Part shown: piece by piece, positions 41,873 to 51,256 of the stretch
How positions within the stretch are numbered: the first letter of the stretch is position 1
How the letters are laid out: the number at the start of each line of letters is the position of its first letter
NCBI GenBank assembly: GCA_963663805.2
Contig: CAXXMR010000020.1
Location: 1 to 64,000 of the forward strand
Direction of reading: 5' to 3'
Source of the DNA: Sedimentisphaerales bacterium
Lineage (GTDB): Bacteria > Planctomycetota > Phycisphaerae > Sedimentisphaerales > SM23-30
Length of the DNA stretch: 64,000 nucleotides
Position numbers and translations under genes: made by a program
The notes under the pieces: generated by a model
The model's input: only the letters and a program-made list of their open reading frames with translations
Told to the model about the DNA's origin: nothing
Database searches by the model: none

Positions 41873-42509
41873 CGAGTTCTTGTGTACCTGCAAAAAAATC
41901 ACCCACAAAACTATAAAGCATTCCCTCAAACTTGTTAAATTGGGTTTTAAGTTCAGATTCTTCAATCTGTGGCGCTTCTTTAGTACGAAGATGTGTTCGG
42001 TCCATAAACCACTTCCGCATCTTTTTGAAATCTGCAATAACCCTTTCATTTACAACACCTTGAGATGGCTCATTTCTCATTAGGTGACGAAATAGTAATT
42101 CATAATTAGATGGCCGTTTTCTTCTTTTTTGATGATCTTTAACTAGTGAATCTATCATGATAGCTAAGTCATAATCGATAGTCACTAGGTTATGTTGAAA
42201 ATCCTTATTATCGTTATTTGTAATTTTATTGAGATTTGGCCATTTATTCATAATCTTATCTAGAGTGGCCTCATATTGGACTCGGTTGCCTTCTAATTGA
42301 GGATCAAGAACAAATACTAATCTGTCTGCGATATCACGGACAGCATGAGCGATAAAATGTACACGTCCATGGTGGTGTCTATCATGGAGCAATTGAATTG
42401 CTCCATAATATGCGTCTGCTAATGGTGTAGCATTCAGCCTAAACCAGTTGAGTAATTGAATTTGTTTTGGGGATAAATAGGGGAATTCAACATTACTTTC
42501 ATTGTGCAT
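41844..42509 (-). CDS. 221-aa helical hypothetical protein; possible HEPN-like effector
   Basis: AT-rich ORF with AHAVRDIADRL and RKWFMDRTH motifs; overlaps the downstream gene by 29 nt. The fold call is an inference. Confidence 0.7.
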   Translation of the reverse strand: MHNESNVEFPYLSPKQIQLLNWFRLNATPLADAYYGAIQLLHDRHHHGRVHFIAHAVRDIADRLVFVLDPQLEGNRVQYEATLDKIMNKWPNLNKITNNDNKDFQHNLVTIDYDLAIMIDSLVKDHQKRRKRPSNYELLFRHLMRNEPSQGVVNERVIADFKKMRKWFMDRTHLRTKEAPQIEESELKTQFNKFEGMLYSFVGDFFAGTQELDEILYQANQ

Positions 42510-42598
42510 ATTATCTACGCCAATATTTTGCTTGTTCTATGCTCATTGCTTTTTCCGCCAAGGCAATAGTGAGCAGTTATTATACGTATTAAACTAAC

Positions 42599-44189
42599 GT
42601 AACATTTTAGCCAAGTGAAGCAAATTCTATAGCTTTTGGGTTGGCTTGTGCAAAAAAAAGACAAAAAAACTTCAAAATGTTAAGATGGGTAATTTGCGCT
42701 ATTGCGTGTAATGGTTTATAGTTTCAGCATGATGAAGCCGAATGCTGAACAGGCTATCGCCGACCTGGCCTTAGAGCAGGAATTGACTGCGGAGCAGGCT
42801 GAGCTTATTTACGAGCAAGGCAGAGAGGCGGTGGTTTTTGTTTTGCTGAGACTGTCGAAACTGGCAGCGGAAAAAACACAAGGTACGTTAGTTGCCGGCA
42901 GTCCGGCTGATCCTTCGTGTCCCTCAGGTCAGAAGCCGGTTTTTGTCAAGCCGAACAAAACAGATAAAAAACGCGGCAAAAAGTTTGGCCGTAAAAAAGG
43001 GCATCAAGGTACTCGCCGCAATCTGCCGACCCAAATAGACCGTACCGAAGAACATCGCGCTTCATGTTGTCCGGACTGCGGCGGCGAACTGAAAAAATGT
43101 TCCGGCACACGTGAACGAATCATCGAAGACATCCCGGAAGATGTTCGCGTTGAGACGGTAAAGCATGTTATTCATCGCGACTGGTGTCCGAACTGTCGCA
43201 AGGCGGTTGAGCCGATCGTAACCGATGCTCTGCCAAAATCATCTATTGGCAATGGTATTGTGGTTTTGTGTGCCTGGCTCCACTTTGCGTTGGGCAATAC
43301 GATAGCGCAGATCCTGGAGGTGTTTAATTTTCATCTCCGGTTTAAGATGTCGCCGGGCGGATTAGTCCAGATGTGGCATCGTTTAGCGGATATACTCCTG
43401 GCCTGGTACGAAGAAATAATCGAGGACATTCAAAAAGCCGGTGTCCTGCACGGCGATGAGACCGGCTGGCGGGTAAACGGTAAAACGCATTGGTTATGGT
43501 GCTTTACCAGCCATCAAGCCACGATTTTTACGGTCGAGCAGTCGCGGGCCGGGCCGGTGGTTTTGGAATTTATCAAAGAATGTTTCAACGGCGTGTTCGT
43601 AAGTGACTTCTGGTATGCTTACAATGTATTGTCATGCGCCAAACAAAAGTGCCTGGTTCACTTACTGCGTGATTTGGAGCGAGTCTGGAAAGCCAAAGAC
43701 CACAGCGGCGATTGGCCGAGGTTCTCCAAAAAACTCAAACGATTAATTCGCGACGCGATACGCCTGCGTAAACGCATCGATGAACTGGATGCGACGGTTT
43801 ACCAGCGGCGCTGCCAACGAATCGAAAAAACGCTTGGATCTTATTATCGCGCATGAGTGGTCGAACAAGGAAGCTCAGCGGTTGATTAAGCGTTTGAAAC
43901 GCCATCATGATGAGCTGTTCACTTTTCTGAGCAATCGCGAGGTGCCGTTCGATAATAATTTTGGCGAACGCAGCATTCGCGGCGCGGTGATCATGCGAAA
44001 GAACAGCTATAACAACCGCAGCGACCGTGGAGCCCGAACGCAATCGGTGCTGATGAGCGTGTTTTTTACCCTGAAACAACGCGGCCTAAACCCGGTTGCT
44101 ACCATCAAAAAAGCCCTGCGAACATACATCAAAACCGGCAAATTGCCAAAACTCGCGGAGTTCTCTGCTTCACTTGGCTAAAGTGTTAC
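42599..44189 (+). mobile_element. IS66-family single-ORF (ISBst12-like) insertion sequence, 1591 bp
   Basis: Terminal IRs GTAACATTTTAGCCAAGTGAAGCA / GTAACACTTTAGCCAAGTGAAGCA; 8-bp target duplication AAACTAAC at 42591-42598 and 44190-44197. Confidence 0.96.
42730..44181 (+). CDS. IS66-family transposase, frameshifted at the A6 run 43825-43830
   Basis: CPDCGG, HGDETGWRV, SDF and QKCLVHLLRD are in the first ORF; VPFDNNFGERSIR is in the second. Removing one A joins them (IEKRLDL). Confidence 0.9.
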
Positions 44190-44906
44190 AAACTAACAAA
44201 CTATATCTCGGGCTTTAGTACGACAGGACCCGCATTAATGGAAAAGCTTTTGGGCGCAAGACCAATATGGCCCTCCCATTATCATATCTAATCTACCGAA
44301 AAACAGAGGACTTGCAAAGCAAAAAATAGGATTTCTACCGGACTTTACCCGTCCCGGAACTAAATCCACTTCGATCTGAGATGCCCCCGGTTCGCCGTCC
44401 CCTTCTAAAACCTTAAATCCCCGCAACTTACCCGTCCAGGCGCATATCGCACAGATAGATCACTTTAAAGACAGAAAGAGTAATATTAAATTTCGTGTGG
44501 TTGGTGTATTTCCCTGCGGGGCTCTCCGCTTCGCTCCATGTCGTGGTTTTCCTCTCTTGAAATCTGCGAAAATCTGAGCAATCTGCGGATAAATCATTAA
44601 GGCAGGCAAGAGTGGAAAGAACCTTACTAATATAATTTTATTGCATATAAAGAATTTAGGTTTGCTGGCAAAAGCATGATTGCTGAATTGAAAAAAACCT
44701 GCCGCTGAGGTTGGCAGAAGAAGTGAAAAGACGTTTATTTCAGGCTGTACAGGCTGTAGATTCAAAAACACTTTGGCAATTGTAATGCCCATATAGGCAT
44801 GAACATCCTGTCACACAACCTGTGGGGGCTGGCACGATTAAAGGTCAGCCACAAGCGGCTTAACAAACCCCACTTAATCCCATAATTCGACAATGATTGT
44901 CCGGGG

Positions 44907-45950
44907 CTAGCTGTTCAACCAGTCAGCCGCAAAGGCGATAAAATCCAGTATATCAACTGTTTCGTCGCCATCAGGAGCGGGGGCTATGTCCGCCTGAGGA
45001 TCCCCTGCGGAGATAAAAGCGAAATCAGTCATATCGACTTTGCAATCGTTGTTGATGTCTCCGGGACAATCATTGGCACAGCCGTTCCAGCCGGCCAGCC
45101 TCGCCCACAGCCACCAGGCGGTATAGGCTTTCTGATTACCGTTCAACGGCTGACTGTGGGCGGCAGAGCAGTTATACCAGTCCACCCCTTCAGTATGGCT
45201 GTTCTGCCAGTCGATCGCCCAGTTGCCGCCGGTATAGTTACAGGCATCATCACAATACAGCGGCATATAATTTGTTTGACCATCCGGGTCATAACTTTCA
45301 ATATCCGCGAAGTCGTAGAGTATTTTTTCGTGGGCGCTGCAGTAGTCTCTTATCTGCTGATTGCGTAGATTGAGATTGCCCGTTTCACCACTACCGTCGA
45401 GATGGCAGGTCATATAGACAAATGTCACATTCGGATAATCATTCTCAAGCTGCGTCATCGGCTCAAGGTATTGACTCAGCATAGCAGCTTCACTGTAACC
45501 GGCTGCCTGGCCGCACCACGACCAGATGATAATATTAATTTCGTTGTTGTCGGGATTATCTAAATATGCCTCCGTTTCATTAACCCAGTTGGGATAATAC
45601 CCGCAGTCATGGTCCAGATCGCCGCTGCCGTAGCCGTCACCCTCCCGTAAATCCAACGCCCCACCGGTCCCGCCGCGATTCCAGGCGAAAATATCTGTCT
45701 GCAGTGAAAGGCCCTTTCCGCCGCCGTTGGCAAAAGCCACCAATCCCGTCATGCCCGTGGTAATCTGACTGCCGTGCGAGGTATGGCCGTAACCAATGTG
45801 CAGGTCAGCTTTGGCCTGATTAATGGCCGATTCCGGAATTTGGGTAATATCAGTGCAGGTATGGTCAATAATCATCTGGGCGGAACAATAAGCACAAAAA
45901 AACAAAACCAGCATCAATCCCCCAGCACTGCGCGATACAAAAGTTTTCAT
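44907..45950 (-). CDS. Secreted protein with uncharacterised catalytic-looking domain and C-terminal dockerin-like module
   Basis: Signal peptide; GHTSHGSQI, WSWCGQ, LYDFADIES and AHSQPLN motifs; C-terminal GDINNDCKVDMTDF...DGDETVDILDFIAFAADWL. Confidence 0.75.
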   Translation of the reverse strand: MKTFVSRSAGGLMLVLFFCAYCSAQMIIDHTCTDITQIPESAINQAKADLHIGYGHTSHGSQITTGMTGLVAFANGGGKGLSLQTDIFAWNRGGTGGALDLREGDGYGSGDLDHDCGYYPNWVNETEAYLDNPDNNEINIIIWSWCGQAAGYSEAAMLSQYLEPMTQLENDYPNVTFVYMTCHLDGSGETGNLNLRNQQIRDYCSAHEKILYDFADIESYDPDGQTNYMPLYCDDACNYTGGNWAIDWQNSHTEGVDWYNCSAAHSQPLNGNQKAYTAWWLWARLAGWNGCANDCPGDINNDCKVDMTDFAFISAGDPQADIAPAPDGDETVDILDFIAFAADWLNS

Positions 45951-46018
45951 CCAACACCTCCGTTTCTGAAACACTGTTTTTTTAACAATCAGAGGTTCAA
46001 AGCTCTGATTCCGCAATA

Positions 46019-46639
46019 TCAGCTAATATACAACCCTTTACTCTCAATATATTCCCGCACCCCTTCGGGCACCAGATAGCGTATCGAAAGCCTCTCACGC
46101 TGCCGTCTGCGAATATCGGTGGCACTGATTTCCACTCGTGATGTTTCCATAATATACCGTCGCAACGTATCAATCTGTTCACTGCTCAGGCTCGCCTTCA
46201 GTCCCGCCAAATCACCCGGTTCATAGCCCGACCGAGCCGCTGTTACAATCGTACAGGCATCCGCCAGCTCGCCAACCTTATACCAGTTCGGTAAATCAAC
46301 CAGCGTATCAGTACCAATCAGCCAATAAAGCGGGACATCAGGCCCATATTCCTCCCGCAACTGCCGCACTGTCAGCAAAGTATAGCTGGGCCCCTTGCGA
46401 TGCAGTTCAATGTCCGACACCGCAAAAAAATCGTCATCGGTTACCCCCTGCCGCGTCATCTCTAGCCGAATCTCCGGGTTGGTCACTTTTGCGTCGCTCT
46501 TATGAGGCGGCCGGGCCGACGGTATCAACAGAACCTTAGCCGCACCGAGTTTCTCCGCCGCTTCCCGTGCCGCGATCAAATGGCCGTTATGCAGCGGATC
46601 AAACGTACCGCCGAATAATAATATCCCCTTAGCAACCAT
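46019..46639 (-). CDS. nadD: Nicotinate-nucleotide adenylyltransferase
   Basis: LFGGTFDPLHNGH, PPHK, PSYT, LIGTD, ISATDIR. Confidence 0.96.
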   Translation of the reverse strand: MVAKGILLFGGTFDPLHNGHLIAAREAAEKLGAAKVLLIPSARPPHKSDAKVTNPEIRLEMTRQGVTDDDFFAVSDIELHRKGPSYTLLTVRQLREEYGPDVPLYWLIGTDTLVDLPNWYKVGELADACTIVTAARSGYEPGDLAGLKASLSSEQIDTLRRYIMETSRVEISATDIRRRQRERLSIRYLVPEGVREYIESKGLYIS

Positions 46640-47261
46640 AAGCTCTAATTGCCTCAAAAAGTGTCCTCATCTTTTCTACATCCTTCACACCCGGCGAAGT
46701 CTCCACCCCGCTGCAAACATCCAGCCCCCACGTACCGACCGCTAATGCCTCGTTTACATTTTCCGGTTTGATTCCACCAGCCAGGAAAATCTTAAGTTTT
46801 CCCGATGCGTCTTTCAGCCAGCTCCAGTCGAACCGATGCCCCGTCCCGCCGTAAGCATCCTCACGAAAAGCGTCCAGCAGCACAATTTCGCCGGGATATC
46901 CATCCATCCGCCGCAAATCCGCCGGCTCGCGTATCCGCAACGCCTTCATCACCGGCAACCCCAAAGGCTCACACTCCCGGCAAAACTCCGACGATTCATC
47001 CCCGTGCAGTTGCAGCATACCCAGCCGGCAGTCACGCAAAACCTGCTCTATCCGTTCCCGCGTCGCGTTCACAAAAAGCCCCACCGATACCACCGAATCC
47101 GGCAGCTTAGCAATTATCTCCGCCGCCGCCAGCGGATTGATATACCGCGGACTGTTCGGGTAAAAATTAAAACCCAGATAACCCGCCCCCAGCTCCGTCG
47201 CCATAAGGGCATCGTCCAGCGTCGTAATTCCGCAGATTTTAACCTCAACCGCCATCACCAA
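46629..47261 (-). CDS. trpF: Phosphoribosylanthranilate isomerase
   Basis: VKICGIT, SPRYI, QLHGDE, GGTGHRFDW, LAGGI, DVCSGVE. Confidence 0.97.
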   Translation of the reverse strand: MVMAVEVKICGITTLDDALMATELGAGYLGFNFYPNSPRYINPLAAAEIIAKLPDSVVSVGLFVNATRERIEQVLRDCRLGMLQLHGDESSEFCRECEPLGLPVMKALRIREPADLRRMDGYPGEIVLLDAFREDAYGGTGHRFDWSWLKDASGKLKIFLAGGIKPENVNEALAVGTWGLDVCSGVETSPGVKDVEKMRTLFEAIRAYGC

Positions 47262-47273
47262 TACCTTTCGCTA

Positions 47274-48287
47274 TTACCCACCGTTAGAAATCGCTATCAT
47301 CTTTTCCAACACTTGTCCGGCCCGGCCCGAATCGATACTCTCAGCCGCAACCGACATACCTTCAGCGAACCCCGCCGCATTACCTGCAATCATCAAAGCC
47401 GCCGCCGCATTAAACAGCACTACATCACGCGGCGCACCAGTGACTTCGCCTGCCAGAATCCCGCGTGTCAAAGCCACATTCTCCTCAACCGAACTGCTGG
47501 TCAACTCCGACACTTCCGCTTTCTTAATGCCATAGTCACTATAGTCAACCGTATGCGAAGTAATCCGCCCGTCCCGCAATTCCACAATATCCGTCGGTCC
47601 GCAAATGCTAAACTCATCCATCCCGTCGCCATAAGCCACCATCGCCCGCTTTACACCCAACAGTTTCAAAACCTGCGTCATTTTCTCCAGCAGCTCCGGC
47701 ACCGCCACCCCGATAATCTGCAAACTCGCATTGGCGGGATTCGACAGCGGCCCCAGAATATTAAACGCCGTCCGCACGCCCAGTTCCTTGCGAATCGGCT
47801 GAACATATTTCATCGCAGGATGATGACATGGAGCAAACATAAACCCGATACCCGCTTCATTAATACATTTCTCGATTACTGCTGGTGCCGCGTCGATCTT
47901 CACCCCCAGCCCCGCCAGAACATCCGCCGAACCGCACTTGCTCGTAATCGCCCGATTACCATGCTTGGCTACCGGCACACCCGCCCCGGCAATCACCAAC
48001 GCCGCCGTCGTACTGATATTGAACGTACAATTGCCGTCCCCGCCTGTTCCTACTATATCCAGCACCGGCTCCGACTTGGGCCGCACCGGCACCGCATGGT
48101 CACGCATCGCCCGGGCCATACCCGCCAGCTCATCCGCCGTCTCTCCTTTGCTGCGCAAGGCAACCAGAAAGCCCGCGATACCAATCTCGCTGCATTGCCC
48201 GTTCAGTACCGCGTTAATCGCCTGATTAGCTTCGGCGAAAGTCAGGTCCGTACCATTCAAAACTTTTTCCGTCAGTTCCCGCAGCAT
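47274..48287 (-). CDS. trpD: Anthranilate phosphoribosyltransferase
   Basis: DIVGTGGDG, NISTT, KHGNR, GSADVL, RTAFNILGPLSNP. Confidence 0.97.
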   Translation of the reverse strand: MLRELTEKVLNGTDLTFAEANQAINAVLNGQCSEIGIAGFLVALRSKGETADELAGMARAMRDHAVPVRPKSEPVLDIVGTGGDGNCTFNISTTAALVIAGAGVPVAKHGNRAITSKCGSADVLAGLGVKIDAAPAVIEKCINEAGIGFMFAPCHHPAMKYVQPIRKELGVRTAFNILGPLSNPANASLQIIGVAVPELLEKMTQVLKLLGVKRAMVAYGDGMDEFSICGPTDIVELRDGRITSHTVDYSDYGIKKAEVSELTSSSVEENVALTRGILAGEVTGAPRDVVLFNAAAALMIAGNAAGFAEGMSVAAESIDSGRAGQVLEKMIAISNGG

Positions 48288-48307
48288 AGTAATCTCCTGT
48301 GCAACAT

Positions 48308-48943
48308 TTATCGTTTCTTCGCGATAATCAAAAACACCGTATAATCACGCATCTTCCCTTCCGAATCCGGCTTGCTTATGGTATGAGCCGTCGCCGCTTC
48401 AGCCTGAACAAAACCCGAATGCTCCAGCATCTCCACAACCTCATTCCGGTCAAATCCGGCATGGGCAATGCCTTCCCTCCCGCCGTGAAAACTGCCGTCC
48501 TCTAAATCCAAATCAGCCAAGGCGACCATACCTCCGGGTTTCATCTTATCGTGAAAAACCTTCAGAACTCGCTTAACACCGTTTACATGATGCAATGCCA
48601 TCGCCGAAAAAATCAAATCAAACTCACCCTCAATTTCTTCCTCATCAACCAAAATATCCGCGCAAAGCGTACTGACATTCGTCGCCGCGCCCGCCGCCAC
48701 TTTCTTGTCGAGTTGTCCCAGCATTTCCGCCGAAATATCCACGCCCAGCACACTACCCACCTCCTCCGCCACCAGAAGCGTCACCAGCCCCGTCCCACAG
48801 CCGTAATCCAGAGCCCGCATATCCTTATTAAGCGGCAAACCATCAACAATCGCCCCCGCCACCGCAGAGGCAAGCTCCACCCGCCGCGGCTGCTCATCCC
48901 AATTCGCCGCCTTATCCTTAAAATAATCTATATGATTAGCCAT
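48308..48943 (-). CDS. Class I SAM-dependent methyltransferase
   Basis: LDYGCGTG, VDISAEML, FDLIFSAMALHH, KPGG. Confidence 0.92.
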   Translation of the reverse strand: MANHIDYFKDKAANWDEQPRRVELASAVAGAIVDGLPLNKDMRALDYGCGTGLVTLLVAEEVGSVLGVDISAEMLGQLDKKVAAGAATNVSTLCADILVDEEEIEGEFDLIFSAMALHHVNGVKRVLKVFHDKMKPGGMVALADLDLEDGSFHGGREGIAHAGFDRNEVVEMLEHSGFVQAEAATAHTISKPDSEGKMRDYTVFLIIAKKR

Positions 48944-48961
48944 AAGCAAAAATCAAACCTT

Positions 48962-51094
48962 TCACGCCAACTGCTCAATCACGTTAGCGATAATTTTCAA
49001 ACCAACATCATCCTGCAAAGTAAGAATCGACTCCGGGTGAAACTGTACCGAAGCTATCGGCAGTGTCTTGTGCCGCAACCCCATGATCACGCCGTCTTCA
49101 GTCTTTGCCGTAACTTCCAGACAATCCGGCACTGTATCCGGCTTCACATACAAACTATGATAACGCCCCGCTGGAAACGGAGAAATAATGTTCTTGAACA
49201 CCCCAGCCTGATTATGGCTCACCAGCGAATCCTTGCCGTGCATTGGTGCCGGCAGAACTCCCAGATCCGCCCCAAAATACTCCGCCATCCCCTGATGACC
49301 CAGACACACACCAAACATCGCCAGGCCGCGTTCCACCGCTGCCCCCACCAGCTCCGGTACTCGCATCTGACGCGGCGTGCCCGGCCCCGGCGAGATAAAC
49401 ACCAGGTCAGGCTTGAACTCATCCAGAAGTTCAAAATCAAAACCCGTACGCAGCGTAATAACTTCTACCCCAGTCTGCCGCACATAATTTGCCAGCGTAT
49501 GCACAAAGCTGTCCTGATTATCAACAAACAGCACTCGTGCCGTCTTGGGCTTTTTAACAGGTGTCTCGGCCGCTTCTTCTGCCACGGATTCATCCGCCGT
49601 TATCGCCGCCAGAAAAGCCGACGCCTTCACCCGTGTTTCTTTTTCTTCATCATCAGGCACCGAATCATAAAGCAGTGTAGCACCGGCCCGCACCGTCGCC
49701 ACACCATCCTGCAGATGAATCGTACGAATTGTTATCCCCGTGTTAAGCTGCTCGTTAAACGTAAACAGTCCCACGCAACCGCCATACCACCGCCGCGGGC
49801 TGTTCTCCAGATTCTCGATAGTCTGCATCGCCGCCGGCTTGGGCGAACCCGTCAGCGTACAAGCCCACATATGCGATAGAAAAGCGTCGAACATATCGCA
49901 GTCTGCCCGCAACTGACCCTTAACATGGTCCACCGTATGGAACAGCTTGGAATAACTCTCCAGCATCCGCCGCCCCACCAGTTGCACCGTACCCGGCACA
50001 CAAACCCGACTCTTGTCGTTCCGGTCCACATCAGTGCACATCGTCAATTCCGACTCATCTTTTTTCGAGGTCAGCAAAGTAAGAATCTGCTCAGCGTCTT
50101 CCATTGGCGATTCACCCCGCCGCACCGTCCCGCTGATCGGGCAGGTCTCCACCGTCCCGGCATCCACCCGCACAAACATTTCCGGCGAAGCGCCTATCAA
50201 CTGTTCCCCGCCCAGATTAATTAGAAAATCATAAGGGCTCGGATTAGATTTACGCAGCCGATTAAATAACTGCAAAGGACTCTTGCCGCAATCAGCACTG
50301 AACACCTGCGACAGAACCACCTCAAAATAATTACCCACCCGACAGCCTTCACGAACCTGCTCAACCTTCGCCGCGTATTCGCCCGGCTGATGGTCCGAAC
50401 GCACTTCCGTATTAGTTCCCGCCTGGACAGCTGCGAACCGCTCCCCTTCAACAGCCAGCCCTTTGGTCGTCGCCCCGGACAGACTGAACTCATAAGCCAG
50501 CTCAAAAGCAGTCTGCTTCTGATGGTCAATCGCGTAAATCCGGTCCGGCAGAAACAGATGGCAGTCTGGCCCAACCTCCGAGCGGTCATGCCTGAACTCT
50601 ATCGGCTCAAACTGGAACACCAGATCATAACCAAACGCCCCGAACATACTCAGATATTCATCCTCGCAAGCCAGCAGGTTCGTCAAGGCCCGCAGCACCG
50701 AAAAAACGCTCGGCTGCTTGCTCCGCTCTTCCTCGGTAAACCCTTTCGGCATCGGAATCACCTGCCCCGCCAGCTCACCCTCGCTCTGCCGCACACTTTC
50801 CACATGTTCATGCCCCAAAATCGCCCCTGCCAGCATCCCCAGCAGCACTTTGCCACGGGCATTCAGGGCCCGAAACACAAAATCGCGCTGACGCGAAACC
50901 ATCTCCACCGGCGGGTCAATAAAACCTATATCCCACCGGCTATACCGGCCCGGATACTCATAATCGCTGGCCAGAACCGCCCCGCGAGCCCGATTTATAT
51001 TGTCATAAACAACCTTCAAGCCAGAACTTACCGGCAATTCTGTGCGAACCCGCTCAACTTCGATACCCCCGCGTGTAATAAACTGTTCCCGCAT
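48962..51094 (-). CDS. trpE: Fused anthranilate synthase TrpE(G)
   Basis: EYPGRYSRWD, NPSPY, ELTMCTDVDRND and WYGGCVG are followed by a glutamine amidotransferase domain (DNQDSF, ISPGPG, GVCLGHQ, QFHPES). Start ATG 51094 has a GGAG SD; the alternative ATG is 51109. Confidence 0.96.
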   Translation of the reverse strand: MREQFITRGGIEVERVRTELPVSSGLKVVYDNINRARGAVLASDYEYPGRYSRWDIGFIDPPVEMVSRQRDFVFRALNARGKVLLGMLAGAILGHEHVESVRQSEGELAGQVIPMPKGFTEEERSKQPSVFSVLRALTNLLACEDEYLSMFGAFGYDLVFQFEPIEFRHDRSEVGPDCHLFLPDRIYAIDHQKQTAFELAYEFSLSGATTKGLAVEGERFAAVQAGTNTEVRSDHQPGEYAAKVEQVREGCRVGNYFEVVLSQVFSADCGKSPLQLFNRLRKSNPSPYDFLINLGGEQLIGASPEMFVRVDAGTVETCPISGTVRRGESPMEDAEQILTLLTSKKDESELTMCTDVDRNDKSRVCVPGTVQLVGRRMLESYSKLFHTVDHVKGQLRADCDMFDAFLSHMWACTLTGSPKPAAMQTIENLENSPRRWYGGCVGLFTFNEQLNTGITIRTIHLQDGVATVRAGATLLYDSVPDDEEKETRVKASAFLAAITADESVAEEAAETPVKKPKTARVLFVDNQDSFVHTLANYVRQTGVEVITLRTGFDFELLDEFKPDLVFISPGPGTPRQMRVPELVGAAVERGLAMFGVCLGHQGMAEYFGADLGVLPAPMHGKDSLVSHNQAGVFKNIISPFPAGRYHSLYVKPDTVPDCLEVTAKTEDGVIMGLRHKTLPIASVQFHPESILTLQDDVGLKIIANVIEQLA

Positions 51095-51109
51095 TGTGAT
51101 GGTCTCCAT

Positions 51110-51147
51110 AAAAAAACCGCGACCTAATCAGAAATCAGGCCACGGTT
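51110..51147 (-). terminator. Attenuator terminator upstream of trpE(G)
   Basis: Minus strand AACCGTGGCCTGAT-TTCTG-ATTAGGTCGCGGTT followed by a T-run (7 T in total), just before the gene. Confidence 0.85.
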
Positions 51148-51180
51148 AAGATAACATTTTTCTTAATGAATAGATAGTCC

Positions 51181-51249
51181 CTATCCGAGCCCGCAGTCCT
51201 CCCGCCAGCTACGCCAACCCCACAACCTGTTCAGTAAACAACTACTCAT
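51181..51249 (-). CDS. trpL: Trp leader peptide (22 aa: MSSCLLNRLWGWRSWREDCGLG)
   Basis: Three TGG codons within six codons, located between a sigma70-like promoter and the terminator that precedes trpE(G). Confidence 0.8.
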   Translation of the reverse strand: MSSCLLNRLWGWRSWREDCGLG

Positions 51250-51256
51250 GGCCACC

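Noticed and set aside
41873..42049. N-terminal 59 aa of the 1013-aa called ORF
   Set aside because: It lies entirely within the upstream 221-aa gene in another frame; ATG 41872 is the more plausible coupled start.
43825..43830. Programmed -1 frameshift in the transposase
   Set aside because: Joining the ORFs needs a +1 shift (one extra A), which fits a homopolymer error or mutation better.
36298..44189. Composite transposon carrying the two-gene module
   Set aside because: The two IS elements have different IRs and each has its own target duplication; no shared duplication flanks the whole block.
44198..44900. Small ORFs (63 aa and 110 aa) right of the second IS
   Set aside because: No SD or motifs; the region contains repeat fragments and looks intergenic.
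46836..49879. Long + strand ORFs (502 aa and 442 aa) and similar antisense ORFs at 21429, 23825 and 62156
   Set aside because: They are shadow frames opposite well-supported genes, with His/Arg/Gln-biased composition and no recognisable motifs.
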